DNA of 32,000 nucleotides from an uncultured cyanobacterium. Lineage in GTDB: Bacteria > Cyanobacteriota > Cyanobacteriia > Phormidesmidales > Phormidesmidaceae. Below, piece after piece: positions 1 to 10,499 of this stretch. The notes below the pieces were generated by a model, which was not told where the DNA came from, did no database searches, and saw only the letters and a list, made by a program, of their open reading frames with translations. The position numbers were made by a program, and so were the translations under genes. The stretch lies in contig CAWBZI010000001.1 in NCBI GenBank assembly GCA_963793265.1, positions 1,582,758-1,614,757 on the forward strand, in the 5' to 3' direction. How positions within the stretch are numbered: position 1 is the first letter of the stretch; every line of letters starts with the position of its first letter.

Positions 1-985
1 TGTTTAAGTTCAGTCGAGATTTGTAGCGCGCGTAGGTTTTTGAGAGAATAGGCGTCTTCTCATACTTCTCGCCAATGATGTCGTTCTCGTAGTAGCCAAT
101 CTCGTATACGCACCAATAGCTGACGACTAGCAAAAGTAAGCTAGCAGCATTCCATAGCGGATGAGGGCTCAACGCGCTTAGGGCGATCGCTATAAAAGCC
201 CAGTGTCCCAATACCAGGCGCTTCAAAAAGTGCGATCTATCAGGATTCTTTACCTTCTCTGAATAGTACAAGGGCAGGTAAACATCTGACATCGCAGGCA
301 CAAACTCAGCGTCCGGCCAAACGACCAGGCGTGGTATGGCCACCGCCGCGAGCAAGGGCGCATCGTGTACTGCGTCTGTGACCGCAACAGCTTTAGCAAC
401 TGCACTAGCGCCTAAAGCCTCAGTGACCATGGCTAGCTTGCCTTTGGCGCGATCGGCTGGCCCTTGCCAAAACCGGCAGGAAACTGCTGTTTGTTCTACA
501 TCGCGATCAAGAACAACAGATAGTTGCTTCAGCAAGGGATTTACAACAACATCAAATCCTAACGTCGCAACAATGACTTGAGCACGGGAATTGTCTTTTA
601 TTGCCTCTACGAGTGGTTGGTTCCAGTGAGCCACAGCGATCGCCCGAGCCCGCCAGTGCCATACCAGCAGCGTCCAAGGCATCAATAGCGTGACAGCAAC
701 AACCAGACACCAGTCTTTAGCCGTCTTATCACTGCGCAAAGCTTCCGGCAGCAGTCGCCAAGGCTTTAGTGCCTTAATACTCATTAGCAAGAGCGCGCCC
801 ATCGGCTTCGGATAAGCCGAATTCAAATATTCTTCTGTAGAATTTCGTAGAAACAACGTTTCGTCAAAATCTACAATGATCGGACTTTCTGGGTCAGCAG
901 ATCGAACGGCCTTAAGTGCACTCTCAGGCGGTGCTTCTGTGGGTGGAGTAGAAATATAATTAGCTGTCACAATTTTTGATGACAT
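1..985 (-). CDS. Membrane protein with an N-terminal HAD-like hydrolase domain. The 5' part of the gene is present; the CDS runs off the left edge.
   Basis: It is missing from the ORF track because no stop codon lies in the window. My manual translation starts at the ATG at complement 985-983: MSSKIVTANYISTPPTEAPP...IIVDFDETLFLRNSTEEYL (a DxDxT-like HAD motif I), then VTDAVHDAPLLA, then hydrophobic segments. The frame stays open to position 1. The + strand ORF at 336-581 is its antisense shadow. Confidence 0.6.
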   Translation of the reverse strand, partial: MSSKIVTANYISTPPTEAPPESALKAVRSADPESPIIVDFDETLFLRNSTEEYLNSAYPKPMGALLLMSIKALKPWRLLPEALRSDKTAKDWCLVVAVTLLMPWTLLVWHWRARAIAVAHWNQPLVEAIKDNSRAQVIVATLGFDVVVNPLLKQLSVVLDRDVEQTAVSCRFWQGPADRAKGKLAMVTEALGASAVAKAVAVTDAVHDAPLLAAVAIPRLVVWPDAEFVPAMSDVYLPLYYSEKVKNPDRSHFLKRLVLGHWAFIAIALSALSPHPLWNAASLLLLVVSYWCVYEIGYYENDIIGEKYEKTPILSKTYARYKSRLNLN

Positions 986-1462
986 GAACACACGGGGGTG
1001 TAGCAGATACAGGGATTAAGTAAAGTCTTGACGGTTGCCACTGGGGCTTAAAGAGATAGATAAGTAACAGCGCAACTATCTAGATCTAGTCATTTCTTCC
1101 CAGACGAGGTGCGGCGTCCGGAAATCAGAATGAGATTTGGCTTTCTCATTGCCTAAAATTCACACTTAGTATTGAAAAATATATATAAGCGCCTTAGGAA
1201 AGCTGTGGTAACGCAGTCTCTTATATGCACCGAGACTTATCTATGAACTATTAGTAGCGTGCTCTGAGCGCCGTATGTGGAAGCTGAAAGCTGATTATCT
1301 AAGGCTTTATCTATTAGTAAAGATGCGCTAGAGAACCGTGATTTTACGGATACGCTTTCAGTCAGCAAAGTGGCTGCAGAGTATACACAAAGAATTGGTT
1401 AGGAATGTTCTTGTAACTATGAATATCTAGACTTTGTGTTTGGTACAAACTAGAACAAATTT

Positions 1463-1511
1463 CCAAAAACAAAAAATAAGCCCCTCAGGCATATTACCCA
1501 AGAGGCTTATT
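1463..1511 (-). terminator. Rho-independent terminator downstream of tRNA-fMet
   Basis: On the minus strand, AATAAGCC (complement of 1504-1511) pairs with GGCTTATT (complement of 1475-1482). This is followed by TTTTTTGTTTTTTGG, the complement of the plus-strand A-run at about 1463-1476. Confidence 0.65.
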
Positions 1512-1551
1512 CATTAGAGTTTCCTTGACAAGGAAGATTTCTATTAAGAGT

Positions 1552-1628
<77 letters not shown>

Positions 1629-1771
1629 ATGCGTATTAACCAACTTTTTATGAAACGCGCCAATTCATCAGCGCCTAACGAGTATAGCGCATCGATACCC
1701 AGCTTGTGTGCCGCAAACGTTTTTTATTTTAGATATTGTTTCGGGTAGCTCGATTCTATGGCGGCATCCCC

Positions 1772-2725
1772 TCAACTCAAAGGCAGCTCGCCCACCACAT
1801 CTAGGCGGCTGTACTTGCCAGGCATCATAAACTTCTCAGCGAGCGCTTCTGACACATCAGGCGTAATCCAGCCTAGCTGCTTGAGCAAGTAGACCGCGGT
1901 CGCATATTTCGCTTGCTTAGATCCGTCAATGACCTTAATCGCAAGCCCCATGCCATCACCCACGCGCCCGATGCACTGAATGCCCTGCGCGCCTGACTTA
2001 CTCACCAGCGCCCCTTCACTCAGATACATAAGCTGAGAGTCGAACCCATCCGGCCCTGAGATCATCATGGGGTGGTGAGTCATTGCTCTGATCACACGCT
2101 CTAAGTCCAGGCTGTTACCCGAAGCTAGCTTTGCGTACAGCGTCGCCATCTGGCTAAGCTGCATAAAATAGGTGGGCACGCCGCAGTTGTCATGCGCGCA
2201 GATGAACTCATCGGCGGGCATTGCCAGCAGCTCAGCAATCTTAGAAATAATTAGCTTTTGAACGGGGTGCGATCGCTGCATATACCCATCCAAAGACCAG
2301 CCCTGCTGCTTACACACCGCCAGCATTCCAGCATGTTTGCCCGAGCAGTTATGCGCCAGCGGCGTATTCTTACTATCCGGTGTCGGGCATTGCAAGGCCA
2401 AGGGCTCTACGTCACAGCGCCAAAGAATATTAAACGCCTGACGAATTTGACCCAAGTTGCCCTGGTGCGAGCTGCACATAATCGCCAGATCTTTATCGGT
2501 GAGGTGAAAATGATCGAGGGTGCCAGTTGTGAGCAAAGAAAGCGCCTGAAAAGGCTTGAGCGCTGAGCGGATAAAGGTGCCTAGCTCTGGGTCGCCAGCG
2601 CTGGCTAAAATGCGACCGCGATCATCGCAGGCAACCGCATGAACCTTGTGAGTAGACTCGACAATGCCCTCTCTCAAGAGCTGTACTTCGAGCGGCGCTG
2701 AGGAATGACGACTCACCCTATTCAT
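1772..2725 (-). CDS. L-asparaginase II family protein
   Basis: The 317-aa ORF shows Asparaginase_II-type motifs (VESTHKVHAVA, IRSALKPFQAL, CSGKHAGML) and has a length typical of the family. Confidence 0.85.
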   Translation of the reverse strand: MNRVSRHSSAPLEVQLLREGIVESTHKVHAVACDDRGRILASAGDPELGTFIRSALKPFQALSLLTTGTLDHFHLTDKDLAIMCSSHQGNLGQIRQAFNILWRCDVEPLALQCPTPDSKNTPLAHNCSGKHAGMLAVCKQQGWSLDGYMQRSHPVQKLIISKIAELLAMPADEFICAHDNCGVPTYFMQLSQMATLYAKLASGNSLDLERVIRAMTHHPMMISGPDGFDSQLMYLSEGALVSKSGAQGIQCIGRVGDGMGLAIKVIDGSKQAKYATAVYLLKQLGWITPDVSEALAEKFMMPGKYSRLDVVGELPLS

Positions 2726-2790
2726 AAATTCTCTTGTCCGTTTTAGGAGCTATTTTGGGATTTGTAGATGGAAAAAACCAGAAGTAGAAG

Positions 2791-3330
2791 CTAGATAAAC
2801 TGCCAGGTAACCAGGCTAAAAGAAATAATGCCTAGAATAACAGCGAAGGTTTTTTGCAGGCGCAGCATCAGCGGCTTTACCTGATAGTCGGCAATTAGAC
2901 GATCGCGATTCACCACATCTTCAGGCTTTTCCCAAATTTGGCCATCATACCAGCCCGACTCTTCGTAGGGCACAGCCGGTTGAGAGAGGCGATCGCACAC
3001 ATGACGCCAGCCCACATAAAGCTGCACCAAAGCCAGCGTCGGCAGCACCAAAGCCCCTAGAGAGCCGCTAATTACAAACTGCGGCAGCAGCTTACTTGGC
3101 CCAAAGCTCACTGCCGCCATCGGCCCAACCACTAGCCAGCTCAGCAGCCAAAGGCTAATGATTGGGCTCAGATAGCCTCGCAGATTTTGCGCACCCCAGC
3201 GATAAAACCAGGACTCGCTCATACTTTCGTATTCTTTAATCGGAATTTGATCGACCGGCACCGGACAGCGGGCACTGCGAGGACTTTTGTAAGCTTGGTC
3301 ATTGGCCTGGCCGTTGGACTTGCCGTTCAT
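2791..3330 (-). CDS. CGLD27/DUF1230 (Ycf36-like) membrane protein
   Basis: The conserved core is WFYRWGAQNLRGYL...VPYEESGWYDGQIWEKP plus two TM segments. I moved the start to the internal ATG at 3330 (MNGKSNG...) because the longer ORF to 3429 overlaps the 3' end of rsfS. Confidence 0.7.
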   Translation of the reverse strand: MNGKSNGQANDQAYKSPRSARCPVPVDQIPIKEYESMSESWFYRWGAQNLRGYLSPIISLWLLSWLVVGPMAAVSFGPSKLLPQFVISGSLGALVLPTLALVQLYVGWRHVCDRLSQPAVPYEESGWYDGQIWEKPEDVVNRDRLIADYQVKPLMLRLQKTFAVILGIISFSLVTWQFI

Positions 3331-3367
3331 GTTTTTTTGCAGGTGCCGTTCATGCTTTTTTGATATT

Positions 3368-3937
3368 TTAGCGGAGTGAAGGCAACGAGGCTTGAGCCGA
3401 AGAAGGCACAAACTCAATTCGCTCTGCATGACCCCAAAAAGCTTCTAAATCGTAAAAGTCGCGATCGTCCGGCATAAAGATATGCGCAATCACCTCGCCG
3501 TAGTCTTTCACGACCCAGCGGCCCTCACTGTTGCCTTCGCTTCTTAATGGCAGTCGCTCGAACTGCTCTTCTACTGCGTCTTCAATAGAGTTTGCGATCG
3601 CTCTGACTTGAACGTTAGAAAACCCGGTGACAATGACAAAGTAATCGGCCAGGTAAGAAATATCGCCCGTTTGCAAAATAGTGATGTCACCGGCTTTGCG
3701 ATCGTCAGCAGCTTCAGCAATCGCCAGCGCTAGCGCCTTAGCCTTTTCATCAATTGGTGCTCTCGACTCATCATCTAAAGGCGGCAAAGCCTGATTGCCA
3801 TCGGGCAAGTCGGCCTCTGGGTTCATTTCTACAGAGATATCAGGCGCATCGCCAACCGTTTTTTCAGACATTGCCTCAGCCATCACTTTAGGGAGATCAT
3901 TCAAAAGTTCAGTTCCTCGTTCGTTCATTAAAAGCAA
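3368..3937 (-). CDS. rsfS: Ribosome silencing factor RsfS (iojap family) with an acidic N-terminal extension
   Basis: The C-terminal 110 aa carry the RsfS core ([35 protein letters not shown]...[31 protein letters not shown]). The start is uncertain because several in-frame Met codons follow. Confidence 0.85.
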   Translation of the reverse strand: MLLMNERGTELLNDLPKVMAEAMSEKTVGDAPDISVEMNPEADLPDGNQALPPLDDESRAPIDEKAKALALAIAEAADDRKAGDITILQTGDISYLADYFVIVTGFSNVQVRAIANSIEDAVEEQFERLPLRSEGNSEGRWVVKDYGEVIAHIFMPDDRDFYDLEAFWGHAERIEFVPSSAQASLPSLR

Positions 3938-4152
3938 AGAGTTGTCTATATATTACTGAACCTCTCCTGCTTTATTGCGACAACCACTACCAGGCTTGAC
4001 ACAATGAAAGAAGTCCGTAATATTTCCTCATATTCTAGCGAACCGCGCTGCCCGCTCTTAAGGGATAATCCACACTAGCTATCTCTCGTATTCGTCTCCA
4101 GTATTCAATCTTTCATCCCACACTTATTCTTTAGTAACGGAGCCGTTGAGCT

Positions 4153-4488
4153 TTGATTTTCGGCCTCTTTATCGGACTTATCATCGGCGCACTCTGCGCG
4201 TTCTTAATCTACTGGCTCATGAAGCACCGCATCGACCGGATGCTAAGCGCTTTGCAAAACAATCAAAGGCGCTTGCAGCAGCTAGAAAGCGAGCATGAAA
4301 TTCGCCTGCGGGCAGCGACCGACCAGCTTCAGGCTGACTACGAACGGCAGCTCGCAGAAAAGATTGAGTACTACCAGGACGACCAAATTTTGAGCACTGA
4401 GCTAGCAGAACTAGAGTTTGAAACCAGACTCAGCGTGATCGAAGCGGCTTACAACCGAGAACTAGACATGCAGCAATCTGCCTCCTAA
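4153..4488 (+). CDS. Hypothetical membrane-anchored coiled-coil protein
   Basis: The 111-aa ORF has a TTG start, one N-terminal TM helix (IFGLFIGLIIGALCAFLIYWL) and a Q/E/L-rich helical remainder. I recognise no family. Confidence 0.5.
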   Translation: MIFGLFIGLIIGALCAFLIYWLMKHRIDRMLSALQNNQRRLQQLESEHEIRLRAATDQLQADYERQLAEKIEYYQDDQILSTELAELEFETRLSVIEAAYNRELDMQQSAS

Positions 4489-4521
4489 CGTAGAATATTC
4501 AAGGACTATAAGGAAGGCTTT

Positions 4522-4941
4522 ATGACCAAGGCAATTATGGAAACAAACAAGGGGACTATCAACCTTGAGTTGTTTGAGAAGGATGCACCTAACACCGTTA
4601 AGAATTTCGTTAAGCTCTCCAAAGATGGCTTCTACGACGACCTCAGCTTTCACCGCGTAATCCCTAACTTTATGGTTCAAGGCGGCTGTCCGCTGGGCAC
4701 TGGCACTGGCGGCCCTGGCTACAAAATCGATTGCGAAATCAATGACAACAAGCATCAGGCAGGCAGTCTGTCGATGGCGCACGCGGGCAAAAACACAGGC
4801 GGCTCTCAGTTCTTTATCTGCCACGAGGCGCAGCCGCACTTAGACGGCATTCATACGGTCTTTGGTAAAACCGAAGATATGGATGTGGTCAATAAGATTG
4901 CTAAAGGCGACAAGATTGTTTCGGTTAAGATCGAAGACTAG
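4522..4941 (+). CDS. Cyclophilin-type peptidyl-prolyl cis-trans isomerase
   Basis: The 139-aa ORF carries [31 protein letters not shown] and HTVFG motifs. Confidence 0.95.
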   Translation: MTKAIMETNKGTINLELFEKDAPNTVKNFVKLSKDGFYDDLSFHRVIPNFMVQGGCPLGTGTGGPGYKIDCEINDNKHQAGSLSMAHAGKNTGGSQFFICHEAQPHLDGIHTVFGKTEDMDVVNKIAKGDKIVSVKIED

Positions 4942-4966
4942 CGCGATCGCTTAAATAAAATTAGAA

Positions 4967-5007
4967 GGCTCAGGAGTGCATCTATGATGCACCCTGGGCC
5001 TTTTAGC
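4967..5007 (+). terminator. Candidate rho-independent terminator after the PPIase gene
   Basis: GGCTCAGGAGTGCAT (4967-4981) pairs imperfectly with ATGCACCCTGGGCC (4987-5000), with one mismatch and one bulge. TTTT follows. Confidence 0.55.
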
Positions 5008-5062
5008 TTTAAAATATTCAATACCTCAAAAAATACGCAAAGAACTAAGTCGCTTTTAAGCT

Positions 5063-5752
5063 ATGGTTTCAACCCCAAATGCAGGCTCAGATGAAACCAT
5101 TGGTCTGACAAACTCTTCGATTGGTAGAAAGCTGCTCACTGGCATAACGGGCTTAGGCTTAGTCGCTTTTGTGATAGTGCACTTGCTCGGCAATCTGACG
5201 CTCTTTTTTAGCGCGAGCGCCTACAACCAGCTAGCGCACGTGATTGAACGGTTGGGGCCGTTGACTTATTTAGTGGAAGCTTTGCTACTTGCGATCGCCC
5301 TGCTCCACATCACCATCGGCCTCAAAATCCACATCGGCAAGCGCCAGGCTCGCCCCGTAAACTACACCGAATACGAATCAGCAGGCGCACCAAGCCGTCA
5401 GACGCTCAGCTCTCGCACGATGGTCGTCTCAGGCGCGCTATTGGGTCTTTTTTTAGTTGTCCATTTAGCGACCTTCAAATTTGGCACTTACTATTTGCTA
5501 CCCGGCTCTGGCGATCGCGATCTCTCACGGCTCGTCTTTGAAACCTTTCATAAGCCTGGATACACCGCTGGCTATGTCGTCGTTTTGAGCCTGCTAGGGC
5601 TGCACCTGCGCCACGGCATTTGGAGCGCGTTGCAGTCATTGGGCATAGACACTAAGCCTGGCGTATATGGTGCAAGTGCGGTGATTGGTAGTGCGATCGC
5701 CCTTGGATTCATCGGCCTACCCCTCTCTATCTATTTCGGCCTTATCGGCTAA
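5063..5752 (+). CDS. sdhC: Succinate dehydrogenase/fumarate reductase cytochrome b subunit (b558-type, multi-TM)
   Basis: The 229-aa polytopic protein has conserved His residues in its TM helices (VIVHLLGN, LLHITIG, VVHLATF, LGLHLRHG). It lies immediately upstream of sdhA and sdhB with 6-nt gaps. Confidence 0.8.
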   Translation: MVSTPNAGSDETIGLTNSSIGRKLLTGITGLGLVAFVIVHLLGNLTLFFSASAYNQLAHVIERLGPLTYLVEALLLAIALLHITIGLKIHIGKRQARPVNYTEYESAGAPSRQTLSSRTMVVSGALLGLFLVVHLATFKFGTYYLLPGSGDRDLSRLVFETFHKPGYTAGYVVVLSLLGLHLRHGIWSALQSLGIDTKPGVYGASAVIGSAIALGFIGLPLSIYFGLIG

Positions 5753-5758
5753 ACAGCT

Positions 5759-7672
5759 ATGCAACTAAACGCTCGTATCCCCGATGGCCCGCTGCCCGAA
5801 AAATGGGCGCACTTCAAAGACCGCTGCAAGCTAGTAAATCCTGGCAACAAACCCAAGCACACCGTTATTGTGGTCGGCACTGGCCTTGCAGGCGCATCAG
5901 CAGCAGCGACCCTAGCAGAGCAGGGCTACCGGGTAAAGAGCTTTTGCATTCAAGACTCGCCACGTCGGGCGCACAGCATTGCAGCTCAAGGCGGCATTAA
6001 TGCGGCTAAAAACTATCCGAATGATGGCGATAGCGTGTGGCGGCTGTTTTACGACACGATCAAAGGCGGCGACTATCGCTCGCGTGAGGCGAACGTTTAC
6101 CGACTTGCACAAATCAGCAACCAAATTATCGATCAGTGCGTTGCTCAAGGCGTTCCTTTTGCCCGCGAATACAGCGGACTCTTGGCCAACAGATCCTTCG
6201 GCGGCGCGCAGGTTTCTCGCACCTTTTACGCACGCGGTCAAACCGGACAGCAGCTTTTACTAGGTGCTTACGGCGCGATGATGCGGCAGGTAGCAGCAGG
6301 CCAAATTGAGCTATTCCCTCGGCGGGAAATGCTGGATCTGGTTGTCGTTGATGGCCGTGCCAGAGGCATCGTGGTGCGCAATCTTTTGACTGGCGAGTTT
6401 GAACGCTATGTCGGGGATACGGTCGTACTGGCAACGGGCGGCTACAGCAACGTGTACTACCTTTCGACCAATGGCAAAAACTCTAACGTCACTGCCGCCT
6501 GGCGAGCCCATAAGCGCGGCGCACTGTTTGCGAATCCCTGCTTTACGCAAATTCACCCCACCTGCATTCCAGTGGCCAGTGAGTTTCAGTCGAAGCTGAC
6601 GCTGATGAGTGAGAGCTTGCGGAATGATGGACGGGTGTGGGTGCCTAAGCAGGCAGGTGATGAGCGGCTGCCAGAGGATATTCCTGAGAGCGATCGCGAC
6701 TACTACTTAGAGACGCGCTATCCCACATTTGGTAACTTAGTGCCGCGCGATGTGGCCTCGCGAAATGCCAAGCAGGTCATTGATGAAGGCCGGGGCGTCG
6801 GGGCTACAGGACTGGCGGTGTATCTGGATTTTCGCGATGCGATCGCCACTCAAGGCCAAGCTGCCATCGAAACGCGCTACGGCAACCTCTTTGAAATGTA
6901 TCAGCGCATTACAGGCGAAGATCCTTACGCGGTGCCGATGCGAATTTATCCGGCTGTGCACTACACCATGGGCGGGCTGTGGGTGGACTATCACCTGATG
7001 AGCACGGTGCCCGGCTTGTTTGTGCTAGGCGAAGCAAACTTTTCGGATCACGGAGCCAATCGACTCGGGGCAAGTGCGCTGATGCAAGGACTTTCTGACG
7101 GCTACTTCGTGATTCCATATACGCTGGGCAACTATCTGGCGACGACACCTTTGGATCAGGTGAGTACTGACGATGATGCCTTTGGTGAAGCTGAAGCCTC
7201 AGCGCGGGCAAGGACGCTGAAACTGCTGAGCATTAAGGGCGATAAAACGATGTTGGACTTTCATCGTGAGCTGGGGCAGTTGGTTTGGAATGGGGTGGGG
7301 ATTAATCGCGATCGCAATACTTTGAAAGCGACGATAGACGGGGTGCGATCGCTCCGCAGTGAATTTTGGCAAAACCTCCGCGTACCGGGCGAAGCCAACA
7401 CCCTCAACAAAAACTTAGAGTTCGCAGGTCGCGTAGCCGACTTCATGGAGCTTGGCGAAGTCATGGCTCGCGATGCTTTAGCACGTGAAGAATCATGCGG
7501 CTGTCACTTCCGCGAAGAATTCCAAACGCCCGGCGGTGAAGCTAACCGCCGGGACGAACAGTTTTCGACCGCTGCCGCCTGGAAATATGAGGGCGACGAA
7601 CAGCCTGCGACCCTCATTAGTGAAACGCTCACCTTTGAAAACGTCAAACTCACCCAACGTTCCTATCAATAG
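5759..7672 (+). CDS. sdhA: Succinate dehydrogenase/fumarate reductase flavoprotein subunit
   Basis: The 637-aa ORF has an FAD-binding [10 protein letters not shown] motif, [14 protein letters not shown] (covalent FAD His), HYTMGG and GANRLGA motifs. Confidence 0.95.
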   Translation: MQLNARIPDGPLPEKWAHFKDRCKLVNPGNKPKHTVIVVGTGLAGASAAATLAEQGYRVKSFCIQDSPRRAHSIAAQGGINAAKNYPNDGDSVWRLFYDTIKGGDYRSREANVYRLAQISNQIIDQCVAQGVPFAREYSGLLANRSFGGAQVSRTFYARGQTGQQLLLGAYGAMMRQVAAGQIELFPRREMLDLVVVDGRARGIVVRNLLTGEFERYVGDTVVLATGGYSNVYYLSTNGKNSNVTAAWRAHKRGALFANPCFTQIHPTCIPVASEFQSKLTLMSESLRNDGRVWVPKQAGDERLPEDIPESDRDYYLETRYPTFGNLVPRDVASRNAKQVIDEGRGVGATGLAVYLDFRDAIATQGQAAIETRYGNLFEMYQRITGEDPYAVPMRIYPAVHYTMGGLWVDYHLMSTVPGLFVLGEANFSDHGANRLGASALMQGLSDGYFVIPYTLGNYLATTPLDQVSTDDDAFGEAEASARARTLKLLSIKGDKTMLDFHRELGQLVWNGVGINRDRNTLKATIDGVRSLRSEFWQNLRVPGEANTLNKNLEFAGRVADFMELGEVMARDALAREESCGCHFREEFQTPGGEANRRDEQFSTAAAWKYEGDEQPATLISETLTFENVKLTQRSYQ

Positions 7673-7677
7673 CTGCT

Positions 7678-8424
7678 ATGAAAATCAACTTAAAGGTGTG
7701 GCGTCAAAACAGTCCTCAATCAACAGGTGACTTTGCTAACTACACCGTAGAAAACGTCCAACCCGATCTCTCTTTTCTAGAAGTCCTCGACATCCTCAAC
7801 GAGCAGCTCATCGCAGAAGGGGGCCTACCCGTAGAGTTTGACCACGACTGTCGCGAAGGCATCTGTGGCTCCTGCGGCATGATGATCAACGGCCAGGCCC
7901 ACGGCTCACAGCAGCGCACGGCAGTTTGCCAGCTATATATGCGTCACTTTCAAGACGGTGACACAGTAACCCTGGAGCCCTGGCGAGCAAAGGCGTTTCC
8001 AGTTATTAAAGATTTAGTCGTAGACAGAACTGCCCTAGATCGCATCTCAGCAGCAGGCGGCTATATCTCTGTGAAAACAGGTGCCGCACCCGATGCGAAC
8101 GCGGTTTTAGTGGATAAGCCAAATGCCGACAAAGCTTTTGACTACGCAACTTGTATCGGCTGTGGCGCTTGCGTAGCCGCCTGCCCTAACGCCTCAGCCT
8201 CTCTATTTACAGCCGCCAAACTCTCTCATCTGGCGCTGCTCGAGCAAGGCAAACCAGAGCGCAAACAGCGCGTTGTGAAAATGACCACGCAGATGACAGC
8301 AGAGGGCTTTGGCGACTGCTCAAACCATGGCGAGTGCCAGTCGGTGTGCCCAAAAGGCATCTCTATTGAGGCGATTTCTCAAATGCGTCGGGAGTACATC
8401 CGCGCTAAGATACCCTTCTTCTAA
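7678..8424 (+). CDS. sdhB: Succinate dehydrogenase/fumarate reductase iron-sulfur subunit
   Basis: The 248-aa ORF has Cys clusters CREGICGSCGMMING, CIGCGACVAACP and CSNHGECQSVCP. Confidence 0.95.
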   Translation: MKINLKVWRQNSPQSTGDFANYTVENVQPDLSFLEVLDILNEQLIAEGGLPVEFDHDCREGICGSCGMMINGQAHGSQQRTAVCQLYMRHFQDGDTVTLEPWRAKAFPVIKDLVVDRTALDRISAAGGYISVKTGAAPDANAVLVDKPNADKAFDYATCIGCGACVAACPNASASLFTAAKLSHLALLEQGKPERKQRVVKMTTQMTAEGFGDCSNHGECQSVCPKGISIEAISQMRREYIRAKIPFF

Positions 8425-8463
8425 CGACATTTTTAGACATTCTTTAAAGGGCATTCGCAAACG

Positions 8464-9465
8464 ATGGCAACCGTGGAGTCGCAAACCAAAGCACAGGTCA
8501 AAGAAATCTATACGGACGGTGCCTGCTCGGGAAACCCAGGGCCGGGCGGCTGGGGTACCAGGGTCGAGTTTGCAGACGGGCAGGTGCACGAGCTAGGCGG
8601 TCGGGACAAGGCAACGACGAATAATCGGATGGAAATGCAGGCAGCGATCGCAGCTCTAGCCTTCCTGAACGAAACCAAACCAGACAGCGGCCCCGTTATC
8701 CTGCACACCGACAGCGAATACCTCAAAAACGGCATCACCAAATGGATCAAAGGCTGGAAGCGAAAGGGGTGGAAAACCTCAGCCGGTAAGCCCGTACTCA
8801 ACAAAGACCTGTGGCAGCAGCTCGATGAGCTTACACAGTCGCTTAGCGGGGAAGCGCTCACAATCGACTGGCGCTACGTACGCGGCCACGCAGGCAACCC
8901 TGGTAACGAGCGCTGCGACGAAATCGCCAGAGCCTTCTCCCACAGCAGTCCTATTAACCTGAGTCAGTACAAAGCGGCAAGCAAAGCATCTAAAAGCGAA
9001 GCGTCCGTGAGTAAATCATCAAAAGAACAGCCCTCAGAAATCAATTCAAACGCTGAAACGGTTGATACAGAAGTCGATCATAGAGATAGCTCACTAGATA
9101 TCCCAGAAATAAATATTGGCACTACTGAAGAACCATTTCCAAGACCAGCGCTAAAATCCTACGAAACAGACCCGCATCAAGGACAGCAGCCCGACATGGT
9201 AACTTCAGCAGAGAAACAGGGAAATGCCATCGGGATCAGTAGAATAGAGCGTCTTACCAACACACTTAAAACCCTACAGGTCACGGATGAACTAGCCCAG
9301 CAGGGCTACCTGATTACGAGCGCAGAGCTAGCCGATCTCATGGACGTAAACGCAAGCGCTGTAACGAGTAGAGGCGATTATTGGGCCTGGCGAAACTGGA
9401 CAGTCTCACGCATTCGCCGTGAGGGCAATCAGATCCTCTGGCAGCTAGAGCGTATTGACGAGTAG
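8464..9465 (+). CDS. rnhA: Ribonuclease HI with a C-terminal extension of about 180 aa
   Basis: The N-terminal 150 aa form an RNase H domain (IYTDGACSGNPGPGGWG, TNNRMEMQAAI, HTDSEYL, RGHAGNPGNERCDEIA). The remainder is a low-complexity S/E/K linker followed by a roughly 90-aa globular tail. Confidence 0.9.
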   Translation: MATVESQTKAQVKEIYTDGACSGNPGPGGWGTRVEFADGQVHELGGRDKATTNNRMEMQAAIAALAFLNETKPDSGPVILHTDSEYLKNGITKWIKGWKRKGWKTSAGKPVLNKDLWQQLDELTQSLSGEALTIDWRYVRGHAGNPGNERCDEIARAFSHSSPINLSQYKAASKASKSEASVSKSSKEQPSEINSNAETVDTEVDHRDSSLDIPEINIGTTEEPFPRPALKSYETDPHQGQQPDMVTSAEKQGNAIGISRIERLTNTLKTLQVTDELAQQGYLITSAELADLMDVNASAVTSRGDYWAWRNWTVSRIRREGNQILWQLERIDE

Positions 9466-9526
9466 GGCTAGATTTCCAAGCCTACTTCTACAGCCTGCCT
9501 TAAAGAATCTGAGTATCATTTAGCAC

Positions 9527-9874
<348 letters not shown>

Positions 9875-9964
9875 TCATCAGGGATAGGCATAGGAAGTAT
9901 CTTATCTGCCTAATGCCTCTATGCACTAACGCCCCTATACAAAAGAGCAGGCAAAACCACGCCT

Positions 9965-10336
9965 TTAAAAGTCCGTACTTAAAACCACGCCCGTACGCCC
10001 CACAACGCGGCCCATGCCGACAGAAATCGGCAAACTACCACCGCTCATATCAAAACTGCCAGATTCATCTATCAGATCTCTAACCAGCGGAATATCCTTT
10101 AGCTGCAAGCCCACTGGCTCATTCAACCGCGCCTGCTCGGCAGCTATTTGGGTATTCATATTGTCAGCAACGCGGTCTAACGCAACAGATTGACTAGGCG
10201 TCTCGATACTGCGTGTTTGTAAAGGCAGCAGCGACTCTACAGGGCGAGCGTGAACAGCCTCGACTTCTACAAAGAGCTGAGTGGCACACAGTACAGAAAC
10301 GCCCGTTACGAGGCGAGACATAAAAGTATTCAACAT
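9965..10336 (-). CDS. Hypothetical secreted protein
   Basis: The 123-aa ORF has a signal-peptide-like N-terminus (LVTGVSVLCATQLFVEVEAVHA). I recognise no family. Confidence 0.45.
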   Translation of the reverse strand: MLNTFMSRLVTGVSVLCATQLFVEVEAVHARPVESLLPLQTRSIETPSQSVALDRVADNMNTQIAAEQARLNEPVGLQLKDIPLVRDLIDESGSFDMSGGSLPISVGMGRVVGRTGVVLSTDF

Positions 10337-10499
10337 CGTTGATCGCTATGAATGAATAATAGAAGCTCAGCCTAGCGACTATCTGGCTGCATAGAGAAGG
10401 CGATATCCGCTGGATACATAGTCGCTGGCAGTCGCCAGAACCGCTGATTTACGTAGAGCTTCCGTAACAAATGTAAATACTTCAGCAAGGCGCATGTTT

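Noticed and set aside
336-581. An 81-aa + strand ORF near the left edge.
   Set aside because: It is antisense to a much longer minus-strand frame (1-985) that has a HAD-like motif and is open to the window edge. Its translation is low-complexity and Ala/Thr/Ser-rich.
986-1462. A long AT-rich intergenic region with small palindromes (CTAGATCTAG at about 1078-1087; AATGAGA/TCTCATT hairpin at about 1129-1150).
   Set aside because: The stems are short and expected by chance in AT-rich DNA. I recognise no RNA family or ORF. It probably holds the promoter region of the edge-truncated minus-strand gene.
2258-2566. A 102-aa + strand ORF.
   Set aside because: It lies entirely inside, and antisense to, the well-supported asparaginase II gene.
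4462-4839. A 125-aa minus-strand ORF.
   Set aside because: It is antisense to the cyclophilin gene, which has unambiguous family motifs.
5803-7464. Numerous 60-110-aa ORFs on both strands inside sdhA (5803-6000, 5912-6241, 5979-6263, 6126-6434, 6311-6556, 6399-6599, 6737-6998, 6909-7211, 7261-7464).
   Set aside because: All lie within the strongly supported 637-aa SdhA reading frame. Their translations are Arg/Ala/Ser/Pro-rich with no motifs, as expected for off-frame shadows in GC-rich coding DNA.
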